Below, one piece after another: positions 42,932 to 56,404 of a stretch of DNA of 64,000 bases. The notes beneath the pieces are model-generated. The model was not told where the DNA came from. It saw only the letters and a program-made list of their open reading frames with translations, and did not search any database. The DNA comes from Octopus vulgaris (lineage: Eukaryota): positions 27,900,001-27,964,000 of the forward strand of contig OX597833.1 in NCBI GenBank assembly GCA_951406725.2. Reading direction: 5' to 3'. The translations under genes and the position numbers were made by a program. Numbering within the stretch: the stretch's first letter is position 1; every line of letters begins with the position of its first letter.

Positions 42932-43243
42932 TTCTACTGGCCTTGCTGTGTTGGCTTGGCGGCACACATCAGCGACAAACATAACGAAAAGAGAAACAAT
43001 GTGACAGAGGCGGAAAGAGAGAAGGGGAGATTGAAAAGACAGAGAAAGAGACAGGAGAGAGAGACAGACAGACAAACAGACAGATTGACATGCAGACATA
43101 CAGACATCAGACAGACAAACTGATAAACTGAGAAAACAAAAGTGAGAGAGAGGGTATAGAGAAGAGTAAGTGAGAGATAATCAGAGAAAAAGGAGGAAAG
43201 CAAGACAAAAGAAAGAAAATAAGAAAGTGATAGAAATGAAGAC

Positions 43244-43294
<51 letters not shown>

Positions 43295-43484
43295 GACTAC
43301 CACCACCCCCACCACTATAATTACTATTATTTATCTTTATTAATATTATTCTGTGCTCAAATAGAGTCAAGAAACAATCTTTTGTTTTACATTCTTTTAT
43401 TCTTTCTGAGGAAGGGTTGGAAACTATGGAACCAGTAAAACACTAGAGTCGATTCTAATGACTTTACTTGGTTTCATTATACAT

Positions 43485-43515
<31 letters not shown>

Positions 43516-43791
43516 TATATTTATTATATATGGACAAAAAGAAAACTAAATTGGTTTTGTACCAAAAATATTATATATTATTATTATTATTATTATCATT
43601 TTAACATCAATTCATTATTATTCTGGTGCATGCGCAGTGGTGCGGCGGTAAGTTCTGAACAAAAAAGTAACAACACTGTACCTTGCGTTCGCAAAACAAA
43701 AAATGCTCTCGGTGGGTGAAAGGGAAAAATTATAGAAACACATCACATAAAGTTTGCGAGCGCAGTTAAGCATGAACATCATTAAATCTCA

Positions 43792-43844
<53 letters not shown>

Positions 43845-44081
43845 TCCATATTTTATTAACCTCAAGGGTCTTGTGCCTACATATTAAAGAAAACATGATT
43901 TTTTTTAAAAATCAAACGAGAAACTATAAGAAATTATATGTAAAGACATATTTCCAAGCAGTCGAGGCAGCGTCACATTTTCCATTCTCGATTGAAACCA
44001 TTTCACATCACATGTGTAACTAATGCTTCTTTTGTTCGTTTCTGTCCTTGTTTGTTTATTTCTATGTTTGCGTGTGTGCGC

Positions 44082-44133
<52 letters not shown>

Positions 44134-44715
44134 GTGTGTGTTTTTGTTGTTTTGGTGAGCGGGGAAAGTTGAAAGCATTGAACTCTACAACATCACGAAT
44201 CCCACTCAAAACGAGGCCTTTTTATGCCTCGACCAGTGAAAGGAAGAAAAGAAGAACAAACAGCAGCCGTTTTCATTTTGAAACTTAAAATTGAATGAAA
44301 AATAATTAATCAAATAAATAAAAACCGATATAAAACTGAAATAGAACCGAAATAAAAGCGAAATAAAGACAATGGAAAACCAATTTGGGGAAACTTCAAC
44401 AAAAATGACTCCCAAAAATCTTTGTTTTGTATTTTGTTTTTATGAAAAATATGTTGCTATTGAACCTCGACTACGAGGTTAAAGATTGCTTACTACACAC
44501 GCACACACACTCACACATGCACAACCACATACAAATTTACATACATATATATATGTGTGAATATATATACACACACATATGTATTCATACTTATATATAT
44601 ATAAATATTTTGCGTAATAAGATTAAAAAAACCCAGGCTGTATAGATATTAGAGCATTTACATACATATATATATATATGCGTAAATATATATATACACA
44701 CATACGTTTTCATAC

Positions 44716-44763
<48 letters not shown>

Positions 44764-44774
44764 TATATAAAACA

Positions 44775-45158
44775 TTTTGCGTAATAAGATAAAAAAACCA
44801 AGGATGTATAGATATTAGAGCATTTATAGATAGAAGGGCTTACAGCTGTTTCTAGGATATTAATTAATAATATCCCTTCATTGGAGTTAAGTCATAGTTA
44901 GTTTAGATTTGATACAAAACAGGGAGTGAGGATTAACAACTTCAATACCCATACATATCTTGCATCTATTTTCTTTCCTCCACCTCACTCTCTATTTTGT
45001 ATCAAATCTAAACTAACTGTGACTTAACTATCCTCTCACACCGTCTCCGATGAAAGGATATTATTAATAAATATCCTAGAAACAGCTGTAAGACCTTCTA
45101 TCTATAAATGCTCTAATATCTATACAGCCTTGGTTTTTTTTTATCTTATTACGCAAAA
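44775..45158. mobile_element. Penelope-type fold-back element with hammerhead
   Basis: Imperfect inverted arms (about 44775-44931 and 44983-45158). A third partial direct copy lies at about 44603-44660. TA microsatellite on the left. Confidence 0.75.
45043..45094 (+). ncRNA. Minimal type-I hammerhead ribozyme variant (U4C)
   Basis: GTCT-CCGATGA-A-AGGATATT...AATATCCT-A-GAAA-CAGCTG-TA-AGAC. Helix I GTCT/AGAC, palindromic helix III, predicted cleavage after 45090. Confidence 0.7.
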
Positions 45159-45423
45159 AGTCCTCATATACACACGCTGACATAGAATCAAAGTTGAACC
45201 CTTTAATTGCAATATTACCGAATCTGAAACTTAACTATGGTCTGTCTATAGAACTTATTCAGCATTACCTGACACCTTTAGGTCTCAATGACACCAGTGT
45301 GTACGTATGTGTGTATATATGTATATAAGAGATATATAAACGTGCACATGTGTACTATGTGTATATGTATTACATATATACATTATAAGAGATATATAAT
45401 CGTGCACATATATATGTGTACTA

Positions 45424-45469
<46 letters not shown>

Positions 45470-45499
45470 CAATACCATCATGAGATATATATATATGTG

Positions 45500-45530
<31 letters not shown>

Positions 45531-45691
45531 ATGTTTGTGCATGTATACACGCGTGTGTGCGCGCACGAACGTAATAACAAAAATATCAACACAGTGCTTG
45601 TTAATGTATGTTTAGTATGTTTAATAATCAAATATTTAGTTAAATTATTGGTTCGTTAACAGTGTTACGTTTCATTGCTATGCTGTGCTAC

Positions 45692-45737
<46 letters not shown>

Positions 45738-46399
45738 CCAAAACTAAATGTATATGTGGCCGAAAACAACTTGTTTGAAGATAAAATATTTTCGTGGAAA
45801 GAAAAACTAGATCTGGGCCAATATTTCTTCTGACGGATATATATTACATAGAGACGAGTTGCAACACTGCGAAAATATCATCCGTACTAATGGCACAAAA
45901 AACTTCAGCTGTTTCGTATATATTTAACATTAATCAGCAATCACATCATCTTTCAACTGCTGATATTCGTCAGACACTTTTCTCTTTGAAGAATCGAAGC
46001 TCCTCTGGTTTGTCCACAGATTAAATGTCATAGTGAGAGAAAAAGATAAGTTTATCAAAAATACCGTATATGATTTACATATACGTATTTACATGCATGT
46101 ATTATCATTATTATTTTTCGCGTTATCCATTCGGGGCCTTAGGATATAGATACGCCACATTTTAAAAAATTTATACGTGTCAAATTTTTCTCTGAGTTTA
46201 CCCTTAACAGGAGTTTGTCTTTCATAGAAAGCAACAGGAATTTCAATTGAGAGTTGTCAAATCAAGACAAGCATATACATATGTGCATGCATTTGTCAGG
46301 TGTGTGTGACGATGTGTGCGTGTATGTGTGCGTGTGCGTACGTGCGTGCGTGCGTGCGTCAAAACATCACTTCAATGCTGGAATTCTTCAAACGAACAG

Positions 46400-46980
46400 A
46401 CTGCAATCAGAATACACAGAATCAAGGTAGAGGTTGCAACTCCAGAATTATAATCAGTGTCTGATCCGGGAGTGAATATGAATAATGAAATATTATTCCA
46501 TGTGCATATTACAAAGATGGCAACAATATGCGGGTGACAAGCTGGGTGGATTCTGAGATCATTCAGAACAAAGAAAAGATTAAAAAATAAAACAGGACAC
46601 TTGGATTACTGCTCCCAATTATGGTCACCACAAAGTGTTAAACAAACGGCGGTTTCTGAGTCAATCCGACGCTGTTATACCGGGAAGATTGTACAACAGA
46701 TAAGCTACTGGGAGACGCTAAAAGAACCAATGATCTACTCCCTAGAACGAAAACATGAAAATTTGCAGTTACCTTTATAAATATGTAGATTAATTTTGGA
46801 AACTCTAGCACCAAACCTAGGGTCTGAATGCTATACCAACTCCAAAACTGGACGACACTGCATGGTAAAAAAGGTCTGCCCGATCCAGCTAGAGCAACAC
46901 TCGATGTTATAACAGTTTATGATTCAAAGGACAGCAATTATTCAATACTTTACCTAAAAACCTAAGATGTTTATGTTCAC
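46400..46980 (+). mobile_element. CR1/L2-like LINE 3' fragment
   Basis: Decayed motifs GWILRSFRT, HLDYCSQLWSP, SYWETLKE, YSLERK. Confidence 0.65.
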
Positions 46981-46989
46981 ATTTACACC

Positions 46990-47560
46990 TCAAAGACATA
47001 AATACATCCATTCAGTCATCTTCTCCATCCACTATGTCTGGGTGGGGTGTCCTCAGGCACTTCTTCCAAAATGTCCCGTCGAAGCAACCGTCATTACACT
47101 TTCCAGATGAATTCTCAAACATGACCAACTGAGATTATGGATATTATTTAATCATCATGTTCTGACTCTACCGCTACCTATTCTACGGGCGCGGATCGAA
47201 GAATCCATTTTGAGATTCTTTCCTGTGACATTCTAATCACATGTCCGTAGTACTAGACCTGTGACCTCTCAGTGCAGAGAAGTAGTGACTTCGTCTGGAG
47301 AAACTCCCTGGTTTCCGAACTGCGCACCCCGTCAAATAACGTTACTCCAGGGATCTTTCAGAAGAATCCCATTTCGGCCGTTTGTATTCATGATCGAAAT
47401 CTTTCGAACATTATGCAATATTCCTGACCATTGGTGGAAGATAAGCACGAAAACTGAACTGAAGATATAATGTTTGGCGTTTTTAGAGCAACCTCTCCTA
47501 TTTTGAAGATCGAATGCGAAACATGAGAAATTACCATTCCAGCACATTCAGTTCTTGTAT
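46990..47560 (-). mobile_element. RTE-like LINE 3' fragment
   Basis: Minus strand remnants YYGHVIRM...GSVMTVASTGHFG. Confidence 0.5.
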
Positions 47561-48057
47561 ACAATTCAACCTGCTGCTTCCCATCACATAAATGTAGATT
47601 TATTAAAAAAAAACACACATAGACATCCTTTTACCTGTGATTCCAGGTGAACCTGTGTTACCCTAAGAAATACAAATGACAACGGCGATATCCATAGAAG
47701 GAAATAAATAAAAATTAAGACCAATATCTGTGCTCGGGTATGACCACAGCCAGTGAGTGGAAAAGGAAAAAAAGAGTAAAGGTATAAAAGAGTAGAGGGA
47801 ATATTTTTGTTTACTGGTTTCTGTCGCTGAACTGTGGTCATGCTGCAGCACCGATCTTAATACTTTATAATCATTCATATCAACACTTGCGTTTCAACCA
47901 GGTCCTATATTTGTCGCTATCATATATGTGTGTGTGTGCGTGTGTGCGTATGTGCGTGTGTGCGTATGTGCATGTGTGTGTTTATGTATATACGCATATA
48001 TATTGTGTGTGTGTGTGTATGTGTATGAGTGTATGCATGTACATGTGTGTGTGTATA

Positions 48058-48948
48058 CACTGGGTGTTCGGGCTAAATTTGATGACTTTTATGTCTCCTT
48101 TCTCAGGAATATCTTGATGTATTGGTGAACAGTAAACGGCACTGAAGAGTATAAAGATTAAAGTTGTAGCTGAGAAAAAGTTAGCTGAGGACTGGAAGCC
48201 ATCTGAATATTGGAAAAGAGTTACCTGTACGATGGTGATTCGCGCCGGCTATCAAAACGTCGACACGATGACTGCTGCTCAGTGCTTTGTAAACATTGTA
48301 AGAGCTGTAGGACATGAAATGGCAACCATGAAAAGCAATTTCTCTCAAACTGTAATGGTCTTTGGGTATGTTTCCAGTGAAGGTGACGTCATGCCGCTCC
48401 ACGTTTTTGAACAGGGCCTTAGGCTCAATTCAGCCGACTAATGTGAAGCTACTGGAGATTGTGGTCAATCCCAGGCTAGAGACGGTTGCTGCTGGAATGC
48501 CATGTGTAGCAGCAGGATCCGACTCCTTTCCATACCTCTGGAAAGAATCAGAAGTGGTTTCCATATAATTCCTACGACTTCATTAGACCCGATTTCTGGC
48601 CTCCTAATTCCCTCAATGTAAACCCATGCGCTACTATGTGTGAGGGGGCGGCGCGATTGAGAAAGACACCGACCATTCTGCCAGCAACACCAAGGCCGAG
48701 CTGGTGACCGAGATCAATGAAATGATCGATCTTCCCAGAGACACAGTGAGAAACGCATGCGCCAGGTTCCGGAGCTGTGTTGAGGCCATGGCAGAAACCG
48801 AGGGCAGCTACTTTGAGTAAACTGTTATCTCCCAGCCATAATCTAGTTGATATTTTTTGATTTTTTCAAATACTTTTATCTTTGGATGGGACATTTTTCT
48901 TTCTTCTCCTTTTATACAAACTATCGAATTTAGACCGAACACACTGAA
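48058..48948 (+). mobile_element. Decayed Tc1/maT-like DNA transposon
   Basis: TIRs GGGTGTTCGGGCTAAATTTGAT / ATCGAATTTAGACCGAACACAC; transposase remnants TVMVFGYVSSEGDVMP...QQD...FWPPNS. Confidence 0.8.
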
Positions 48949-49469
48949 TAAACATAACTTTAGTGAACGAAATTATTTCCGCATTCTTTAGTTTTGTACG
49001 TTTCTTCACATGACGCGCAGGCGTTGTTAAGTGTACTTCCCAACTACATGGTTCTGGATTCAATCCCAATGCGTAACAATATGAGTAATATCTTCTACTA
49101 CAGCACCGGGCCAACCAAAGCCTTGATTGGATTTGATTGATAGAAACTGAAAAAAGTAAGTGGTACATGTGTGTGAGTGTTTGTGTTTGTGTGTGTCTGT
49201 GTTTTTGTTTGTCCTCCAGCACCACTTGACAACTAGTGTTGATTTGTTTACGACTCCGTGAGCTAGCGGTTAGGCAAAAGAAAACCGATAGAATAGGAAC
49301 CAGGCTTTAAAAATAAGAAGTACTGGGCTCTATTCGCTCGACTAAAACCTTTCAAGGTGGTGTCCAAGCATGGCCGCAGCACAATAACTGAAGCAAGTGA
49401 AAGATAAGACAAGAGATTAATGAAGCGTACTTCCCAACGAACTTTGATTAACAAGAACAACAATATCAC

Positions 49470-49509
<40 letters not shown>

Positions 49510-49733
49510 TCTTTTATTCTTTTATTTATTTCAGTCATATGACTGCGGCCATACTGCAGCGCCGCCTTACAGGGTTTCTAGTAGAAGAAATCGCCCTCAG
49601 GACTTATTCTTTGTGAGCCTAGTACTTATTCTATCGGTCTCATTGACGAGCCGCCATATTATTGGGAGATATATACATCAGCAACGGTTGTCAAGCGGTG
49701 GCAGGGCACAAACACAGACACACACACGCAAAT

Positions 49734-49764
<31 letters not shown>

Positions 49765-49854
49765 CATATGGGCTTCTTCTAGTTTCCGTCCACCAAATCC
49801 ACTCACACGGCTTTGGTCAGCCCGAGGCCATAGTAGAGGACACTTGCCCAAGAT

Positions 49855-49953
<99 letters not shown>

Positions 49954-50496
49954 CATACATAGATAGATACATAGATACATAGATATATAGATAGATACAT
50001 ATATATATATAGACACACACACACACACGAACACAATCATGATAATTTGTTGGCAACAAAATCAGGCAAATAAATGAAATGAATACCATTTATACCAAAA
50101 GAGTCACACGACTTACCGTAGAAATGGGACATAAACATCATAACATACAATTAAAAAATACCAATTGGAGAATGTAAACCTGTCATGGTCACAGAAGTGT
50201 GACGAAAATTTCAAGGAATATCACCAAAGAGCAAAAAGTGAATCAACCAGATAGTGAGTATGATATAGGCTTTAACGCGACTCTGCAAGATGAGTATAAA
50301 ATTGGATTCGACACGGTCGCAGATCAATAATTCTTGAAAAACACATTAAAAAATTACATAATATGTCTGTGTGTGTGCGTGTGTGATACAGATGAACAGT
50401 GCAATTGAAGTAATGCAACGTGTATGTGTCTGCATGTGAAAGTGATGAGGTGTGAGTGAAATGATGAAGTCTAAGAAGGTAATTAGAGACACCCAG

Positions 50497-50552
<56 letters not shown>

Positions 50553-50556
<4 letters not shown>

Positions 50557-50590
50557 CAGAGATACCCGGCCTTGCTCCGAATTAAAATAG
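50553..50590 (-). mobile_element. Helitron 3'-terminus remnant
   Basis: Minus strand reads CGGAGCAAGGCCGGGTATCTCTGCTAA|T, resembling the hairpin plus CTRR end of the element at 6033-6335. Confidence 0.5.
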
Positions 50591-50901
50591 CATAGTTTTT
50601 TTTTTATCGTTTCACTTGTTTCAGTCATGTGACTGCAGCCATGCTGGAGCACCGACATTACTCGAACAAATCGACCACAGGTTTCATTCTTTGTAAACAT
50701 AGTACTTATGCTATTAGTGTCTTTTACCGAACCGCTAAGTTACGGGAATGTAAACACAGCAACATCGGTTGTTAAGCAATTGTGGGGGTACAAACACAGA
50801 TGCAGACACAGACACACACAAATATACACATATATACGACTTACTTCTTTCAGTTTCCGTGCACGAAATCCACTCACAAGGCTTTGGTCACCCTGAGGCT
50901 G

Positions 50902-50955
<54 letters not shown>

Positions 50956-51431
50956 TATACATTTATGATATACATATATAAAGGTGTAGGCGTAGGAGTG
51001 ACTGTGTGATAATTAGCTTGCTTACCAACCACATGGTTCTGGGTTCAGTCCCTCTGTGTGGCACCTTGGGCAAAAGAGACCTCGGACCGACCAAAGCCTT
51101 GTGAGTGGATTTGGTAGAGGAAAACTAAAAAAAGCCCATCGTATATATATGTATATATATGCGTGTGTGTGTGTGTGTGTGTTTGTTTGTCCCCCCCAAC
51201 ATCGCTTGACAACCGATGCTAGTCTGTTTACGTCCCCAGTTTCTATCGGTTTGTTTTGCCGAACCGCTGTTCGGCAAAAGAAACCGATAGAATAAGTATT
51301 AGGATTGCAAAGAATAAGACCTGAGGTCGATTTGCTCGACTAAAAGGCGGTACTCCTGCATGGCCACAGTCAAATGACCGAAACAAGTAAAAGAGTAAAA
51401 GAGTATATATATATATATATAAATACATACA

Positions 51432-51471
<40 letters not shown>

Positions 51472-51472
51472 G

Positions 51473-51546
<74 letters not shown>

Positions 51547-51550
51547 AATA

Positions 51551-51613
<63 letters not shown>

Positions 51614-51633
51614 TATATAAACATATATATATA

Positions 51634-51668
<35 letters not shown>

Positions 51669-51893
51669 GCATATATATATATATACATACATATACATAT
51701 ATATATACATATATATATATATATACACACACACAGACGTCTTTCAGTTTCCGTCAGCAAAATCCACTGACATGGTTTTAGTCCGCGGAAGGATATATTA
51801 GAAGACACTTGCCGAAGGTGCTACGTAGTGGGACTAAACCCAGAATCATATGGTTCGGATGCAAGCTTCTTAGCACACAGCCATGTATGTATA

Positions 51894-51928
<35 letters not shown>

Positions 51929-52205
51929 TTACACATGCATCTATGTGTGTATGACCATAGATACTTATATATGTATCTACGTATTCATCTTTGTATGCAT
52001 GTATGCCTACATTTATGTTTGTATGTATGTGTGTATGCATTCATGCATGTTTTTCTTTGTAATTTCTCTAAGATTTTTGCAGAATTCAAGCCGGTCACTA
52101 GCAAAGCACAAGGCATTATTTCTCATTTTTCGAGCAAAGACGTTTGCTCCTTTGCAATGAATCTTCTCAGTAGCGCCAATTGATTGAAGACAGACAGACA
52201 GACAT

Positions 52206-52297
<92 letters not shown>

Positions 52298-52458
52298 GTA
52301 GATAGATATATAGATAGATAGATAGACAAATAGATACATACATAAATATATATATACATACATAGGCAGACAAATAGACAAACAGGCAGACAGACAGACA
52401 GACAGACAGTCAGACAGAGAGATAGCTAGAGGACAGACAGACAGACAGACAGACAGAC

Positions 52459-52535
<77 letters not shown>

Positions 52536-52838
52536 TCGATCACATTCAGAATTATTGTTGTGTAAGTAGGTGTAGTAACATTGTTGTAATTTTCAAGCAG
52601 AATCAGAGTGAGGCAGTGTGATAAGGCCGAACTTTCGAAGTACAGGTTCAATCAATACAACAGCTTTCCATGCCATTTCAATCTAACAAATTTTATTCTC
52701 AAGGCATGGGCCGACCATATAAATAACACTAATCCAAGATGGTATATATTGATATTGAACTTGGAATGTCATAATGATAATTCAGCCTTACTGCGCCTAC
52801 ATTAGATGTACTCAAATGTGTGTGTGTGTGTGCGTGTG

Positions 52839-52913
<75 letters not shown>

Positions 52914-52924
52914 TATACATTATA

Positions 52925-54010
52925 CAGGGTGCGTAAGATATTTGAGGACAGATTTATGTTTATAAAAAAACAGATATATAATAACAGATAATAACTTTAT
53001 TTATCAAAAAATGCTATGAGGATAAAAATAAACTTTCTTTTCTATAATGTTAATCAATAAAGCCATCTTCAGCTTCAACAACTGCTTCTATATAAGAGCT
53101 AAATCATCTACATGCTTGAATAAAGTAGTCCTGCTTCATTTTAGACATTACTCTGACTATGGTAGTTTTCAAAGAATCTTTGATGTTATGGGCGTATTCA
53201 TTGAACTCTCAACAACGCCCCACATGTAATAGTCCAATGGATTGAGATCTAGGGAATTAGGAGGCCAAATGTTAGACGGTTATGCGATCATGAAAATTTT
53301 CGGCCATCCTTTCCTGTGTTACTAGATCCATATGTGATAGCGCAGAGTCCTACTGAAAGACATGGCCTTGTGGAAAGAAATAAGGAGGCATCACATGACT
53401 TTCATTGCTGACAACCCCTAAAACCATGACAGTTGCAGGAAATTTTGTATGCATAACGCTTAGAACTTCAGAAGGGTCTGCACATAACCATCTGTCATTT
53501 CTTCTGTTAACGTTTGATCTTGGTCGAAGTTTTTCTCGTTTGAGAAAGATCAAATCAAATCTTCTGCTGGAATTTTCAGTTTCTTTGAGAACCTTTTAGA
53601 TCTAATATAGTGATTTTCTCTTGCTTTTTCTGACAAATTGACCTTTCCTCATCAATATACCTGATGTTTTCGAGGACAAGATTTCTAACGATTCCTTCTG
53701 ACACATGGAGATCTTTTGCAATTGACCTCATGGACTTTCTGGAATTGTAATCAATGATCTATTGAACTTGCTGGATAAATTCAGGTGTTCTGATGATTTC
53801 AGGGCGTTTAGAATGCTTTTGATGCTTGATACTGGTGATATGCTTCCATCTTCAGTCTCTAGCTCCTTACAAACTTTGTAGACGAAAGATCTAGCAACTT
53901 TTAAAAATCATGATATTTCTATATCGCTATGCTTACGCTTTATAACCGCAAAAATAGCATACCTCTTCATTTCTTGAGTATGTTGAGGGTCTGCCTTTAT
54001 TATTTTCTGA
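52925..54010 (-). mobile_element. Decayed Tc1/maT-like DNA transposon
   Basis: Begins TA|CAGGGTG. Minus strand reads NRRNDRWLCADPSEV...TKFPATVMVLGVVSNESHVMPP and WPPNSLDLNPLDYY. Right boundary approximate. Confidence 0.75.
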
Positions 54011-54072
54011 AACAAAGATTATACAGAGTTAGCAAAAAATGCAGCAATGAACTATATGTATGTGTGTGTATG

Positions 54073-54234
<162 letters not shown>

Positions 54235-54732
54235 AATATACGAAAATACATATATGTATATACGTATATACATATATATCATATATATAGACATATATGC
54301 ATGTACGTATGTATGTATGTATGTACGTACGTATGTATGTATGTATGCGTGTATGTATGTATGTATGTATGTATGTATTATGTATGTATGTATGTATGTA
54401 TGTATGCATTCCTGAGACTTCGACCCATATTGCCACTGGATATCTTGCCCTGGCTTATCTCTGGATCGTGTTAGTAGGGTGGAGGGGGTTTCTGAGGTAA
54501 TGTCGAAGCCTTATTGGACCTATCATTTTAAGTTGTGCAATCGCCGGCGAGGCAACTATTCGATTCCCGGTTGAGTAGGAGGGCGCCGCGCCGTGCATGG
54601 AAGCCGAGGACACAAACCCAGATGAAGCCGACTGCTGGTGCAATAACCGCTTACACTGACATTTTGCATGAGAAATGGACAGCGATGGCCCTCTTCGGTC
54701 ACGACTGGACAGCCATTATCCTCGTATATATG

Positions 54733-54775
<43 letters not shown>

Positions 54776-55247
54776 GTGTGAGCATATATATATATATAAT
54801 TAATCAAAAAAGAAAGGAAAAATAAAACAAGAAAAAACAGCAACGCAAGGACGTGTTGCAAGCAAAGTATTAGCAGACGCACAGGGAAGAGAAGAAAAGC
54901 AGTTTTACGTTTCAAGAAAAGTTCATCGTCAGAAACAGGAGACGGAGGAAAGTCCAAGTGAAAAGGAAGACGGAGGAAAAAATTGCCGACGATCCATTTG
55001 TGGTTACGTTTTGAAAATATATATATGTGTATATATTCTTCTATTCTTTTATTTGTTTCAGTCATTTTAGTTAAGCCATGCTGGAGCACCGCCTTTGGTC
55101 GAACAAATCGACCCCAAGACTTATTCTTTGTAAGCCTAGTATTTATTCTATCGATCTCTTTTACTGAACCGCTAAGTTACAGGGACGTAAACACAACAAC
55201 ATCGGTTGTCAAGCGTCGGTGGAGGGACAGGCACAGACTCACAAAGA

Positions 55248-55302
<55 letters not shown>

Positions 55303-55466
55303 GACGGACTTCTTTCAGTTTCCGTCTACCAAATCCACTCACAAGGTTTTGTTCGGCCCGTGGCTATAGTAGAAAACACTTGCCTAAGGTGCCACCCAGT
55401 GGGACTGAACCCGGAGCCATGTGACTGGGAAGCAAGCTTCTTACGACACAGCTACGCCTGCGCCTG

Positions 55467-55559
<93 letters not shown>

Positions 55560-55663
55560 GGATGGATGGATGGATGGATGGATGGATGGATGGATGGATG
55601 AATGGGTGGATACAGCCACGCCTGCGCCAATACATGTATCTATATACTTATATATATATATAT

Positions 55664-55722
<59 letters not shown>

Positions 55723-55757
55723 TATATACATATATATATACTTATATATATATATAA

Positions 55758-56003
55758 TGAAAGTGACGAAGGAGCATATTTGGCATATTGTGCTTTATGA
55801 GTTCGATAACAATGCAACGGAAAGTGAGAGGAATATTAATGCAGTATATGGGAATCGGACAATAAGCGTAAGCCAGTTTCAACCTAGGTTCCAGAAATTC
55901 CGAGTCGGAGAGTACAGTCTAGAAGACGAGCCTCGTTCTGAAACATCTGTAGAACTCGATGAGGACGTCCTGCAAAACTTGAGGCAACAAAATCTCAGAG
56001 TAA

Positions 56004-56004
<1 letters not shown>
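55758..56004 (+). mobile_element. Mariner transposase N-terminal fragment
   Basis: [16 protein letters not shown]...NINAVYG...[17 protein letters not shown], lying between TA arrays. Confidence 0.75.
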
Positions 56005-56091
<87 letters not shown>

Positions 56092-56404
56092 TGTCTATAT
56101 ATATATGCATGCATACCTACATAGACCCTGTTCTATTTAACATTATCCCGAAAGAAATCAAACAAGAAAAACATCCCATTACCTCATATATATAAATATA
56201 TATATATATTGTTGTGACGGATACCCCCAAGTGAGAAGTGGGCTGTTCCATCCATCCATCTATCTATCTATCTACAGGCGCAGGCGTAGCTGTGTCGTAA
56301 GAAGCTTGCTTCCCAGTCACATGGCTCCGGGTTCAGTCCCACTGGGTGGCACCTTAGGCAAGTGTTTTCTACTATAGCCACGGGCCGACCAAAGCCACAT
56401 ATAT

